Shown: one piece after another, positions 48,839 to 63,238 of the stretch
How positions within the stretch are numbered: the first letter of the stretch is position 1
Layout of the letters: every line of letters starts with the position of its first letter
Assembly: GCF_009834535.1 (NCBI RefSeq)
Contig: NC_045697.1
Coordinates: forward strand, 46,564,001 to 46,628,000
From: Camelus ferus
Lineage: Eukaryota
Direction: 5' to 3'
Length of the DNA: 64,000 nucleotides
Translations under genes and position numbers: made by a program
Notes under the pieces: generated by a model
Told to the model about the DNA's origin: nothing
Databases searched by the model: none
Seen by the model: only the letters and a program-made list of their open reading frames with translations

Positions 48839-51800
48839 TAAATTTCAAGAGGCATCAGATTTTCAAGGGAATGAATGTCCAGGAAATGAAATAGGGCTTT
48901 AAAGGTTGATAAAATGTCTAAGAGTTTCGGTGTTTTCCAATAGAGCTTAGTGGGACCAAACTGCTGCATGGTGAAACTGTATTCTTAACGTCTCCAGACT
49001 GGAAAGGTGACTAGTGCTGTGACATGCTCAGCCAGGCCTTTCCTGGACAGGATGCATTTTATCCTTGTGCTGGCTGTGCTCTTGAACCAGAACTACATTT
49101 TCAGTCCAGTGAACCTGTGAGACAGTGTGCTTTCAGGGAAGTCAGCTATGAAGTTTGGAGAGTCTTGCATTTTGAAAAGTATTACAAAACAGTGCCATTA
49201 TGAAGAACAAAGACAAAACATTAGAACTCAGTCCTAGCACAAGACACAGATACTGGGAAGGTACAAAGTAACTGTCTATTTTTATTCAGTAGATTCACAC
49301 ATATGAAAGAATCAGTTTGCTCACCTAGTGGGTACATATGATAAGGGGTAACAGTTTCTAAATTAAAATAATACTGTTCCTCTACTAAGTGTACATGAGC
49401 ACAATATTTCATGGTTTTTTCCCCCCCAAACAGTTAAATAAACTCATTGGTAATGTAGCATACTAAATGACTCCTTCCAAGAAGTAACATGCAATCATTT
49501 CTTTTTCAGGCTTGATTAAACTCCCTCTGCCTGTACAAATTTTATATCTGTGCCCAAATATTATCTACCCATTTCTGATCATTGAACAGAGCACAGACTC
49601 TGCATAACTCATCTCCCGTATGAGGTAAACTCAAGGAACAGCAGTTTTCTTCTTGCACAGCTCCAAGGGGTACCACGCACACACATCCTGTCTGTGGTTG
49701 CGTTCCAAGGGATACTACATACATAGGCTACGTGAATGTGTCCACTTCCTGTCAAACTGCCCAGTAGGATCTTGCTCTCATCTGGTGATAGGAGAATAGT
49801 CTAATGGAAGCAGGTCTTTGTTGTAAGTGAAAGGCAGAATCACCTTATTGAACAGAACACCTTGCACTGGTTAGCAAACCCAGGGGAGGACGCCAACTAC
49901 ATGGAGGATAGCAAAGAGCATCATTATTACATTGACTAGTAGGAATAAAAGTCTAAACACTTCTGCCCATTGCATCTTAGTATTGAATTTGCCCAGGAAA
50001 ACATAACATAGTCTACTGGATGGATGGAACAGTGTTTTATTTCAAAGAGAAGAGACAGAAGAAGATCAGCTCCAATAGTGGGCATTGGTCCCCCATGGCC
50101 AGAGGATTTCTCCCCGTAGCAACTGGCCTCCTTAACCCCTCACATGCCACAGTGGATGGACCCCATCCCCTCCCCATGGAGGACAGGTTTAGTAGTAGGG
50201 TTGGTGCAGTGCCATATTAACACACACACTTAAGCAGTACAAAGGCGCACACACTGAGCTGGAAAACAGGGAAAGATATTCCCACAGTAGGCAATAAATC
50301 CAGCACAGACTGTGTGAACTCTTTATCTTTTAGTGAGGAAGTGTCCCAGGCCCAAGGTCCTTTTCTGTGTGATCTATTAGGGGGGTCCAAAGACCACATG
50401 CACCAGACTGCCTTTCCAACACAGCTCAACACTATCCCATCATCACGGACTTCCCATCCCAAACGACCTCAGGAGTGAAAAGAAATCAGACTTCCTGAGG
50501 GAGCTTATCTTACCTCATCCTCGCTCCCACTACCTAATGTTCTAACCCAGGTCTTGTGCACTGATGTATGCTCTCTGTCTGGAGACTAAGTGTTGAGTCA
50601 GGCTTGGCGTACAGGGCATTCCTATATGGAGTTGGACACTGGAGCAGAATCTCAAAGCAGAGTCCAGCAGACAAGCTGGTTTGAAAGGTAGATTCCAAGG
50701 ATGGTGGTAAATTAAACAAGATTAGGAGCATTTAGCTTCAGGGTCCCCAAGTACTCCATTAGCACGGTGGAGATATGCTTAAATGGTGAGGACAGACGGT
50801 AGCCTCTACTGCTACAGTCTTGCCAATCCTACTTCCGTGGCCCTTTCCCCAGTCAGTGCGCGGACCAGCCCCTTCACTGCACGAGGAAGGTGTGAGGGAG
50901 ACTGGGGCCTGGCAGTGCTTTGCTGAGGACTCAGACAAGTGACAGAAATAAAAACCAAATGTGAAGCTCTATTGCACTTGTTAGAGTTGATTACTGTGCA
51001 CTCCTCTAAGTCTGAAAGCATTACAAGCTAGGTAGCAGGTTTATGAAAATTATTTAGCTGGTTTATGAATCGACTGGACATTTATTTTCACTCATAGATG
51101 GAAAATATGAGGAAAAACACCAAAAATGATTTTCCATCTTAAAGAAAATTTGAAATTGCAGTTTAATACCTGGAAGTAAAGGCTGTGATATTTTTTTTAA
51201 ACCATAGTTACCTTATAATGAAACTGTGAAAGTAGCACTACCTGACCTTTGAATTCTGTGAGACAGTCCAATGTCTCTCTAATGAAGTCCCCTGCTTCTG
51301 GTTAATTTTGTTTTAACTGGATTTGTCATTTGCAAGCAACTAAGAAATTGAGATAATGACCTTTGCCTTGCAGGTTTCTAATAAAGTTTGGGTTCTTTTT
51401 TGGAAAGGGATTGGCACATGGTGGGCACTCCATAAATGGTGCTGGCTATTAGAGGGTAAATTGGTTATCTCAGATTCACCTGGTTTACCGTTTCATACTT
51501 CATCCTCAAATGAAAGGAGGGCAAAGACTATTCTTTAATGTTGGAACCACAGAAGGAATGACGGATCAGTGGGAGAGGAAGCAGGCACTGACAGAGAAGC
51601 CAAATCAGTGCTGGTGGTCAAAAGGTGCCGAGCGTTATAGCCACACCCCTCTCACGCCTCACTCAGGTCCCTCGCCATGTTAACTCCAGATGTAGCTCTA
51701 TAACTACACACGGTGCCAAGCTGAGGGTTTACTTCTAAGACAAATACAGACTTCATAAAGGCTCCTTTTTAATTCATAAAAACGCAAATGAAATTTCAAG

Positions 51801-54119
51801 CCAGTTTCTACGAAAAATATTAATTCTTTGTTAAAGGCCAGAGTTATTAGCACCCCAATCATAAATAATCTGCTAATCAATGTTTTGGGGGTAAGAAGAC
51901 TATCCTATAATATTGCTAGGCCAGCCAGGTTGAGAATAACTGAAATTCTGATTACATTTCATTTTCGTCCATCGATTTAAACAATTGAAAGATTAAACTT
52001 TATTTTGCAATAGCATGAAGTTAAAAATCAGATATCTAAACACAAAAGGAACTATATATTATACTTGACTATATACAATGTATAATTAGGCTGATCAGAG
52101 TAATATGATTTAAATATTCGTATTAAAATATAGTCCATTTAAATATGCTCACAAATTCATGTTTCAGGTGTCACCCTGAAAATTGTCTTCTTTCCTATTT
52201 GGGAATAATGTATAAAATAAATAATATAGTCACCAGGGAAAAATAGAGTCTGGTAAACTAAAGTACTGAAATAGACAAAAGCTTTTGTGATCTCTGTCAC
52301 ATATTTTCATTACAGTCATTTAGACATTTGTGGCTTAATTTGTTATAGCAAAAGCATCTTCCTATTAAAAGGTTGAAGAGAAGATGTCGGTATGCTTTTT
52401 AAATAATTGAAGGCTTTTTACCTTAAGTAGAATTGCATGTACTTGCATGCATACGATGACTATCCATAGTTCCTTAAAAAAATAATCTCCTCTCGTGATT
52501 TGAAAAAGAAGTAAGCAAAATGTCTGGCTTTTTGGAGGATTCACAAGCAAAGCACTAAAAACAACTCTCTACGGTTTACCTTTAATACAGTTTCTAATCA
52601 GTAGAGGGCTCCCTCGTCTGTACAAGACCCACATTACAAAGGCAGTCGGTACAAGCAGCGAGTTACACACTGTGCACACGCATGAACACACACACTCTTA
52701 CATATACCATCTAGATTAATAAAGCTGTCATTTTTCACTGTTTTCAAATCACCTTTACTATCAGTTGATTTTAAAGCTTAGAGAAATGAACGCATAGGCA
52801 GCACCCACTGGCAATATGTTAGAACATTCTCTACCTAAAAATACTGATAGGTGTTTACAAGTTTCCTTCATTTCACTGTGACATTCCTCAGCTCTGATGT
52901 GCATTTGGCTGCTTTCCTGAATTCACACATCTCTATGTTTGCTCATGTGCTTGTGCATTTTGCAGAAGTGTCACTACCCAAGCTTTGCAAAATAATTAAC
53001 TAAATCTTTTAAGTGATGCTGCTGAGGCTGTGTCTTTATTTGGCCTCCAAAACTTGAGAGTTCAAAATCCAAAAAAACCAAACACCAATCCAGCTAGCGA
53101 TGTTGGCTTTTGATAGAAGTCACCGAGCCCAGCTGTATTTTTCTCCCACTGAAAAATAGATGAAGACATCCTAACTGGATTGCATTTTATTTGGGAGGTT
53201 TTATTTTTTTCTCTTCTTGGCCTGTAGGCTAGCTGATTCACTGATCCATAATGAAAATGCCAAAACTATGAAAACCCCACTGGGGCAGAAATTTGTAACA
53301 GAAAGGGAATTTCTGGAAGGGCTGGAATAATCTCAGGCTGCACCCCCAGGCCAGTTTTTGTGATATAGTTAAAAACTGGCTGGGCTGACAATGGAATCAA
53401 CTGTTTAAACATCTTGCTGATTGTTACAGTGGTCCAATAGATGCTTAAAAACATTGGTTTTCATGGACTGCTGGTGGAAACCTCTTATATCCAGCTGATC
53501 CTAGGTTATGACTCATATATTTTCTCAGCAGCCAGATCCAGGAATTCATTTGGATGCTCTGAAAAGAGAAGGCACAGAGCCCGTTTCTCCTTCCTTCTTG
53601 AACCAGCAGGGCTCTGAAACCTTTCCTGCTCCAAGTAGAACTGACTGTCTCTCGCTCCTTTGTGCTCCTACCGGGCTCTCTATTTACCTCTGTGATAATT
53701 TCACTTGCTTCTTTTGGTGTCGTATATTTCCACTGGCCACTGTGGCATGGAGTTTAAAATGGGGCCATGTTGACAGTAATGTGCCACCTCATGCCCTCTA
53801 TTCCAACTACCCTTGCCAACGTCAAACCCTGGAAATGCCTCACTCCATCAGCTAAGTATTTCTGGTCATTTCCAGAAGATGTCTGTCTCACATACTCATG
53901 AAAGTAGTCAGCTCTCAGATAAACTAATGGACACTATCACCACATATCACCACTATCATGCCACAGATCTGAACCTGGTTTGGTAACCCAGAGCTGCTGC
54001 CAATGAGGCTAATATTTTGATCTCCTTCTCTCCAAATCCTGTGTTGCTCTCTCAACTGATTACAAAACTGGAGTGGAAAGAAGAAACATGATTAATTATC
54101 ATGATCTCCCCTCCCCAGC

Positions 54120-54260
54120 CTCAGTAGCTATGTAATATTAGCCTCATGGTGAAACTAAAGCTCAGAGAGGTTTAAGCAACATACAAAAATCATCAGTAAG
54201 TGGCAGTCCCAGAACTGAAATCCAGGTCTTTCTAATTGTAAATCCTGTGCTTGTTTCACA
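54120..54260 (-). mobile_element. MIR fragment
   Basis: 'gaaactaaagctcagagaggtttaagcaac...cagtaagtggcagtcccagaactgaaatccaggtct'. Confidence 0.7.
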
Positions 54261-55857
54261 GACCCTGTAACATTACATAAGAAACATACCCTTGCATAGC
54301 AAGTTTTCACACCTAGATTAGCTTACTTCTGCTTATAAAACCTGAGGTAAAAACATAATGGCTTCATAGACTGAGATGAAGCCAATCTCAATACAAAGTT
54401 CTAAACAAAGTCCAAACTCTTTGGTGTTCAAAGTCACTCACCCTTTATGACCACTGCCCCCCACTGCAGAAGCCTATATTCTGATGTGTATCTGTCCACT
54501 AAATAAGGCATGCCCAGCCTTTCCTGTGAGCCCCTGCTCGCGCCAGCCCTCTCACGTTCCCTTATTCTCACTCCTCCTCACTCATCTGATTCTCACTCAC
54601 ACTTCAGGACTTTGCTCCTAAAGAACGTTTCCATTTACTTTCAGCTTTCTTTGCTTTCTTTGAACAGTTATTGTTATAAACATCTTATTTTGCATTTATA
54701 CATAGTCCCATACTCTTTGGGAATTTTGCAAACGCATACGCCATTTTCACATGTTTGGATAGTAATTTCTTGAGAAAATGAACTGTCTTCACTATATACA
54801 TGGATACTAAGTGACTTTATTCATATCAGATATAGGTAGCACAATCTCACAACTTACAGATGGTTTTTACCGTATTGCAGGTAAATGATCCCTCCCCACC
54901 CCACAACTGCTCAAGCTCTAGAAATAACGCATCTAGAAATAATGCAGATTCCATCTCCTTTTCTAAACCATAAAAAATTAAAGATGTTGTTTCTAAAAAT
55001 TTGATCTTGGGGTGGAAAAGAGAAGGATGAGAAGAAAATGGGTGATATTTAAATCGTTTTAGCTATCTGAAGATAGCTTCAGAGAATGTTTTAAAGATAA
55101 AATTTCGATCTATGGTAAGACAAAGTTCTCGCCTTTTGATCACCAAGATAGAGAACACTAAGATTGGGTTGTTTTCCACTAACAAAGAATACGTCCATTT
55201 CCACTGACTTGTCAGGGAATATTACTATCAAACATGTATCTTTAATCATAGATGAGTATCAATCCATGAACATGAAGTCTTTAGAAAATGATAAATGTCA
55301 AAATATTTTGTAGGGTAGCGCATAATTGATTATATCAGCCAAACTAGCAGCTAGATTTTAGACTGTAAATATTTAAATTATCAGAAAATCTTTGCAGTAT
55401 TTTAAAAACCTTTCTATAGCTTAGGAAAGCATTATACATTATATGGGCTGGAAATAAAATAGAGAAGAATGAGCATTTCGGCTCTAAGAGGGATGGTAAG
55501 TAACTTCATGTCATGTGCCAAATCTGAAGGCTGGCAGTGGCTTCTAGGCTCTAGAGCTCTATGTTGAGGAGGGTTCTGGGGCTGGAGCCAGGCTCCATCA
55601 CGCCGTGATTGATTAGTAATGTCTGTCGTAAGTGTGGAACTGTAAAGGAAAGTACAAGTGCTATACGATGTTCTCCCTGAGCTACAGCCCTGTTGCTGAG
55701 ATTTTGCCATTTTTGGTTCTTTTTTGGGGTCCAGGGTGAGTTCAGTTTTATGAATGGTGACCTCCTACTGCCAAATGGGAGCATGAGGTAAAGATGTGTG
55801 AAAACCTTAGTGTTTGGGGGTAAGCTCATTCTGTGACATAGCAGTAGTATAATGTAG

Positions 55858-56052
55858 GTAGTGTTGTGAAAGTAGACCAGATCTCCAATGGGGTGGAGCA
55901 GAGGATGGGGCAGAAGGCATGTTCTGGTCTCCATGGTGTAAATACTTCTACCATGGCTGATTTCAAGCTATCAATGTGAGGTCATTAAACTCAGAGTTGG
56001 CAAAGGATATGCACATTCCAAGCTAGTATGAGAGGGCTGCAGCATACCACTG
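55858..56052 (-). mobile_element. MER63-type hAT-Blackjack fossil
   Basis: 'catggtgtaaatacttctaccatggctgatttcaagcta...gagttggcaaaggatatgcac...cagcataccactg'. Confidence 0.8.
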
Positions 56053-56321
56053 ATGGTAGGTGGACTTCTAGATTTGAGGGTGGTGAGCAAATGTTTGGCT
56101 GTAGAATGGAAGACAGGCACAAAGATTAAAAGAACAGCTAGGAGTCCAAAGGTAGATGAAAAGTCTACAGTTGGGAAATAGTATCAGCTACACATCAGAG
56201 CCCAGTCCAACATTTTGAAGTTGTAACAACATAAGAATCTGTTTCAATGCCATCCTTCACAAAAGTACATTTTACCTTAACAACTAACATGATGTTCATG
56301 TGCTCCAGGGCCACATGCTGA

Positions 56322-56595
56322 AACAGCATCATGTATCAGTAAAGTAATGGCTTCTGGAGCCAGACTCCATGGACTTGAATTCTAGCTCTGCCATATATTA
56401 ACTCTCTAGTCTTAAGAAACTTACTTAACCCCTTTGCACTTCCGTTTCCTTCTCTGTTTTAACTGTTAATATCTCTGTTTTAACAGAGACAGTACCTAAG
56501 CCATGGGGTCATATTTAAGATTAAATGAGTTAGTAACTGTAAAGTGCACAGAACAGTATCTGTATCTAGTGCATTGAGAGTACTATTTAAGTGTT
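56322..56595 (+). mobile_element. Near full-length MIR
   Basis: 'tctggagccagactccatggacttgaattctagctctgcca...ttacttaacc...agattaaatgagttagtaactgtaaagtgcacagaacagt'. Confidence 0.85.
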
Positions 56596-58689
56596 TGTAA
56601 AATAAAGGTACATAAAATGTAGATTTGAAACTATCAAAACATGATTGTCAGTATATAATTTGCCTTTGAACTCAGGACAGGGCAACAGGATAGCCATGAT
56701 AAAATGCTCATTGGGGTAACTAATTTCATATTTATAAGCATAGTGTAACTCTATCTGCCCTTTCATATCACCCCAATAATTTGGGAAGATAACTAGGAAT
56801 AACAATTTTAATACACATATGGCAGTTTTTAAAAGTTCTATTTTACAGTTACTTAGAACTTTATAGCAAATTTAGTAACAAAAAAATTTTTTTTATTCCT
56901 ACAAACTCCATTCTAAATTGTGAGTTGGAACTTCTTTTTTTATGTCAAATACATATGTCAGAAGTTTATGGCTTTTAAATATAGAATATATTATGAATAT
57001 AATAAAGGGCACTTTTTCTCCAACTAGATATATCTAAATCTTTCCATTTTCCAAACATAAACTCATGAAAATTAAAAAAAAAAATCCTGGCAGTGGTCAA
57101 GCTCAGTATACCATCCTGGTCCTCTTCACTGCAGCACTACACTTCTAAACCTCTAAGTCAATGTAAATTCTACATTTAGTCAAGTTTTTAACTAAAGCAA
57201 GTTAAAATAGAGAGGGAATCTTTCCTGCCAGTTCTATTCAGCAGCATGTTAATCAGATTGCAGTAATAAGTGTGAAACAATGCATGCAATTAGCAGTGGT
57301 TAATTTGAAACTACTTCATGTCAGTTTCTTTCAGAGCAATACGTTAGTAGAGTAATTATTTATTACCCCGAGGACATGATCAATGATATCTCTCCATAAT
57401 AATGTCTGCAAAAATAAGAGCATTCTTATCTGCATAAAAAGAAGCTATAGGTACTGGTATTTTTCCAGCTAAATAAAAGCAGAAAACTGTTTCTAAGATA
57501 TTTCCAAAAATTTCATTAATAATAATAGGTAAGCAAACCATTTGTTACTCTTCAATATTTTTATGGTAACATAATGCTGAAGGGAAAAAAAAAACAGCAT
57601 TAGTGATTAAAATCCACAAAGCCTATCCTTATTGAGAAAGGGAAAAATGACCCATTTCTAAATGTCATTATAGTCATTAATGTGTATGTGCTAGGCCCTT
57701 CCATACACAGAATACTTCACTAGTCCCTTAGCTAGAGCTTGGGGATAGAACTTATGGGAAGCCTTGAGTGATAACACATGGTCTACACAGCTGAGCCATG
57801 GTTGTCCAAAGGCAAGGAAGAGATGCCAGGTTAGCCAGGTGGCCACAATTAGATGGTGCATTTGAATAATTGGGAAGGTTGTATTAGAGGCTACCATCTT
57901 GGCTTTCTGAGTTCACTATATATTGGACAAGAAATCCTTTATGTCTTCATATCCAATTAATTTACCTTATTGTATAAAATACCTATCATTCTGAGAAGGA
58001 CCAGAAAAAACTCAACCTTTGGAAGTATGTAGTCTAGACAATGGAGGGGAGGGTAATATAGAATCAAGTAGGCTGGAAAGAATAATACCATAAGTTGGAC
58101 CAAGCAGAATTGTTGAGAATGACAACATTCTGCTTGGTCCTACTGACCAACCCTGGGATGGGAGGGTCCTCTACATTACATAATTCCAGGAGGCTCCATT
58201 CATGTGGAAAATGGCACTCCCAAAATTTGGGCAGTTCACAGCCTTCACAGCTACCCATGGGGAACCCAACCTGAGATGACCATTTGGGGGAGAGGAACAC
58301 TTTATATAGAACAGATACATACATTCACTATGACATCTGAGGGAGACACCAATGTCAAAATACAGCACAGCAGGACAGAAAAAGGGACATGGGCAAGTTT
58401 GGGAATTCAGGTGAGGCAAGGGTCAAAAAATATTCAGTTGACCTCAGGAGCTGGCTATCTAGGGGAGACCTCATAACTTCAATAGGGTCAAAGATAAAAC
58501 TAAACTAATAAAATTACTAGTTATGCAGCTTATATGCAGAAAGTCAGCACAGTATAATGTGTAGAAGGAAGAGCACAACTACTTTTCAAATGTATAAAGT
58601 GGAAATAATAATTTTTAATAAAATAGAGATATTTTACTTTTAAGGGTGTTGAAAGTTTTACATGAAAATTATGTGTATGGAGTGAACTT

Positions 58690-59200
58690 CTATATTATAA
58701 CTGCCCAGCACCTTTTCCTTCTTTGGGAATAGTGTTTCCTTCTTATGAGAACTGTTCTTCCGCTCCAGATTTTTTGGGTAATGGTATACTCCTATAAGAC
58801 TCAGGCTACTTGACTATATTTTATCAATCTGAGTGTGGGAGCTTTACCTGCCCTGTGAGACCAGTTCGAGCTCTTTTGTGTAACATTTTGCATTCAAATA
58901 GGGAAAGATAGTAGCATCTGGTGTGGTACCCCTGAAATTAAGAGCTGTCAGCAGTCAGACCCCCACCACATGGAAGAAGTTGGTCTCGGGGAAGACAAAA
59001 CAGAGCTTGTACACACAGAGGAGACAGAGGTCCTGATGGCATTCAGATCTCTGCTTTGATTGTTCCTGAGACCAGAACCAGCTGAATCTTTGCCTTTCCT
59101 GAGGTATATTTAGTCAACTCTTCATTGTCATTATACACTCCAGTTTTTTTCCAGTGAATTCCCTTCTTGACCTAAGCTAATTTGAACTAGGTCTCCAATT
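58690..59200 (+). mobile_element. Old MaLR LTR (MLT1K/L-like)
   Basis: 'gagctgtcagcagtca...ccacatggaagaag', 'gtcctgatggcatt' and end 'ttcccttcttgacctaagctaatttgaactagg'. Confidence 0.6.
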
Positions 59201-59251
59201 AAAGCAGAATATAACGTACTTGACTTAGCACCAAACACATACTAGGTTTTC

Positions 59252-59315
59252 AAAAAAAAAAAAAAAAAAGAAAGAAAGAAAGGAAGAAAAAGAAAAAGGA
59301 AGCAAGGGAAAAGGG
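59252..59315 (+). repeat. Poly(A)/(GAAA)n purine tract
   Basis: A run followed by GAAA units. Confidence 0.85.
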
Positions 59316-60548
59316 CAACACATTGAACATAAAATCCTACTGAGTTTATAGCTTATATAGTTCTTTATAGCTGAGTATTTAATTGCCTTTTAATTATTTC
59401 TGGTTATATTAGTTGTGTCTTACTAAATAGTTTTTGACTCTTTGAGGTAAGGTAACATAAATTGTATATACCAGCATCGCAAACAATATTTACCATGATT
59501 TCAGGTTAAAAATAGTAACCCAAATAGTATTTACTGATTAATTTCTCAAATAATTTGCTTTTTAACCATTCATCTTTAACATTTTCAGGTTACTACTTAG
59601 TGCGCTAAAAGTAATGACTCCCTAATAGTGTACCAATGATACACAAGATTTAAGGTACCCCTTGGGGGGGCATTAACCACTTTTTCCATCAGGCTGGGCA
59701 CAATACTGGTAACATTTCATGTGTTACTAATTTGGCAAGAATGATTTCATTTCAAGAAAACCTGAAGTATAAAGTAGAATTTTAGGCATGTTCTTAGTTT
59801 ATCCACCAATTAATCAACTTAAAAACCTAGAGTAACAGTCAAATCCCAGACATCTAAGCAAAAAAGTCCCGAGACTCAAATTGTTGAGATCTTTTAGACT
59901 TCTCCTCTAGTAAATGGGGTAAGTACAGTTAGGAGCAATAGAGAAATGTTTCCTATTTGATTTTATTAACTGATTGATATGAATTAATGCATTAGGATAT
60001 TTGATTGTGTCATAAAATGTGTATATGAGCATCATGATTCAATTTAATGTACCTATTACTGGTTGATGTGCCATTATATTAGGCTAAATTAAAAGAATTT
60101 TATGGAAAAAAAATTACAATTAAAGACTCAAAATTGATTGCATTCATAACTTAAAAGAAGATATTCTGTTTCATTAATATTTTGAATAATTATAATAATA
60201 TATCAGAAAACAATGTGGGAAACTCAGGAGGTTGACAAAGTAAAACAAAGATAAATAGATAAAAGAGTCAAAAATAAAGCCCACTTTCTATGTTAAATTC
60301 AGTATTTTCTTTTTAGCTCATGAAAGAGCAAGGAAAGTCACAGAGTTAACAGCTTACCTCAGCAAGTAAGTTTTAGGTCACGTTGCCAATAAAATAGATT
60401 AATATTTCTTCTTTCATCTTCCAAATTACAAAATAAATTATTTCCAAATAAGGCATTTTAATTTTTTAAAATGATAATTTCATAGATAATAAGGTGACAC
60501 TTGGAACAGACCATGTCAATTCTCATAATGTAAATGTGCTTTCTGAAT

Positions 60549-60638
60549 AATGGTGAAACACCCCAGTTTGGCCAAGACTGAGAGGTTTCTGGGGCATGGG
60601 ACAGTCCCCCTGGCAAACTGGGATGGTTAGACACCTTA
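60549..60638. mobile_element. MER81-like hAT-Blackjack MITE
   Basis: Inverted ends (ggtg..cccagtttg / caaactggg..cacc) around 'gactgagaggtttctggggcatgggac'. Confidence 0.75.
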
Positions 60639-60879
60639 CACATGCAAATTATTTGGTTTTAAATGTAAACTTAAGTTTCTAGAAGCTGATTTGGAAAATG
60701 TTGTAATTTACTTCTGAAGACTTAAGTATGTTTCTCTCTCATAAGTAGATGAAAGATAATTGTAAGTAAATAAAGGCTGATTCAATAGGAGAAGATGGCA
60801 CATGTATATTAGAGTTTTTCTAATAATTCTTGTTTCTCTTGCTTCTAAGGACAAAGAAGGATTTCTAACCAGAAAACAT

Positions 60880-61050
60880 TATACCCTTCTTACTGGAAGT
60901 GTGGTCAGGGATGAAGAGCATTAGCATCACCTGTGAGCTTGTTAGAAGTTCATAATTCCAAACCTAAACCCAGATCCACTGCATCGGGATCTGCATTATT
61001 AACAAATTTTCAGGTGATTCATATGCACACTAGAATCTGAGAAGTACTGC
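60880..61050. mobile_element. MER5A-type hAT-Charlie MITE
   Basis: 'aagtgtggtc...agcattagcatcacctgtgagcttgttagaa...atctgcattattaacaa...caggtgattcatatgcacactagaatctgagaagtactg'. Confidence 0.85.
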
Positions 61051-62848
61051 TTTAAACTTTTGCAAGTATCTTCCCTATTGTCAGTTTTTCTCTATTGTCA
61101 GCTTTCTTCTGAATTCCTGTTTAGTGCACTATAAAGCTAATGCAGCCTCATTAGCTCAGTTGCAATTATTTTGGGATTTGGAATAATTTGACCTGGGTTG
61201 TATTGACAACTTTACCCAACAACTTTTGCCCTACATTTGAAGAAGAGTTCTCTAAGCAAAGAACATACTTAACCAATTTAGGAAAATCAACTTCTTAAAA
61301 CATGTAACAAATTAATTTTTCATAAAGTAACGAATGTTATCTGTACATTAAAGTAGGCCTGTCTAGCAAGACCTTTATTGGGAAACTTTTTTGTTTGCAG
61401 GCAATTGAAATAAGTGAAAGAAGGAAAGGTGCATGGGATTAAACAATATTTACACAGCCTTCCCTCAGCCTGATTTTGTTAAGTTTTATTGAACATTTTG
61501 GCAAACACTTGTCTAGTTAACCGCCTTTTCCATACTTTCTTTTCATGTTAAACTGAAAAACAGTGTAATTCTTAGAACCAACCATGCTCTTTTAGATCTT
61601 CTTGCTTTGCCATTTCATTCTGCTTGGAAATCCTCTCCCATCACCCTTCACCTCTGTTGTCTGACTCATGATAATCCTTCACATGCTACTCTAAATACTG
61701 TGCCCTGCTCCTTTTAAATCTTCTTGTCTCAGTCTATATTGCTTTGCTGCCCAGACTACTAGAATATTAATAGGGGGAACCTCCAAGTTGTTATTCAGTT
61801 AATTGCGGACTATTCACATCTTTAGGGAATTTCACTTTTAATGTCAGTTTTATAAGAAGCAGCACATGGCCTACTACATGAGCTTTGGAAGAGGGAAGCC
61901 ATCAAGAAAAGTCAATAAATGCTAGAGGGCCTTATCTCAGCAGGAAGTGAGTAGGAAGGGGAAAGTCACACTTTGACTCCTATTCATACCACACTGGCTG
62001 TGTTCCTTTGTTTCTGCGTGATAGAACAATTATAATGGAAATGTTAGCTCCCAAGTAGCCAAAAGGGATAGGTGACTATCTGTCACTCAGAAAATTCAGA
62101 CACTAGTCTGCAAGACTCATCTGTCCTCAATGTGAAACCAGAATCTGGAGGGCTGAAGTTCTCACATACCTCTAAATGACAACTTGTCTTACACTAAAAG
62201 GCTAGTATTACAGTATCTGTGTTAATTATCAACCATAACAAAGTTTAAGTACTACTCTGTTTTCATTTTGACTGGGTACATGTAGGGGTTCTTTCCGTTC
62301 TAGCAACCAGGAAAGACCAAGGTGACTTTGGTGAGGAAGCTGCCTTGTGATACTATCATTATCAGTAATTAGCCACACTTAGTAAGCTTCTATTAATCAA
62401 ATCCACATCTGGAAAGACTTCCACTAATTCTGTGAGATGAACAGTGTTGTTTGCAAAATTTAAAGCATGAGAGGTAACACTGCATCACCTTAAAAGCTAA
62501 CACAAAGCAAAGAGAGAGAAAACCTTATCATTAATGCTTAGATAGCCTTATTTAAACCTGTTCTCTTTAAGATTATATATAACACTTTTACATATAACAG
62601 AATGATTAAAATATTCCCCTTGACAAAATTGGAAGCTCCAAAGTAAAAATTTTAAGCTATTTTTATTATCTGTTTTTCTCATATGCTAGTTAACAAGATG
62701 CTAGTAAATGCTTAAGCATATTGTAAATAAACAGGCAAAGATGAAAATCTCAGTTTCAGAGCCTGTGAGTATAAATCATTGGCATTTCTAGAAAAGGGGA
62801 AAATGTCCAAATTCTGAGGAAGAACAAAGAGGTGAAGAGTGTATATTA

Positions 62849-62850
<2 letters not shown>

Positions 62851-62907
<57 letters not shown>
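62851..62907 (+). repeat. (TTA)19 pure trinucleotide repeat
   Basis: 57 nt read directly. Confidence 0.95.
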
Positions 62908-62909
<2 letters not shown>

Positions 62910-63238
62910 CTAGGGAAGGGGAGATAAAGCATCTTGTAAAGAAGAAAATGAATAGCTCCTATTCTCCCATGCCCCTAGTCAAATATTCTGGGTTTCTAGG
63001 CACCTCTGTAGGGACCCATATGCTGGTAGACAGAATTCCCCACTGACAATGAGAGAGAAAAGGTTAGAAAATGATAGCAATCTTTTCAGCTCTAGAGCGA
63101 CTCAGACTGGCATAAAAAGAAAAAGATTCCAAGAGTTAGCAGTATATTCGAAAAAGTCTAGGATTACAAATACTCACTTTCAAACGTGTATCATTTTTAT
63201 CCCCTAGAACAAATTTGGCTCTTTGACTCATCTTTGTC

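Noticed and set aside
49470..49724. Minus-strand peptide resembling N.RGISL..GK.LARV..GRG
   Set aside because: Found in an ORF chosen as a control and needs gaps. It cannot be told from chance without a scored search.
53345..55082. Small inverted repeats (gccagttttt/aaaaactggc at 53350-53380; agctatct/agatagct at 55061-55078)
   Set aside because: Arms of 8-10 bp are expected occasionally by chance in this much sequence.
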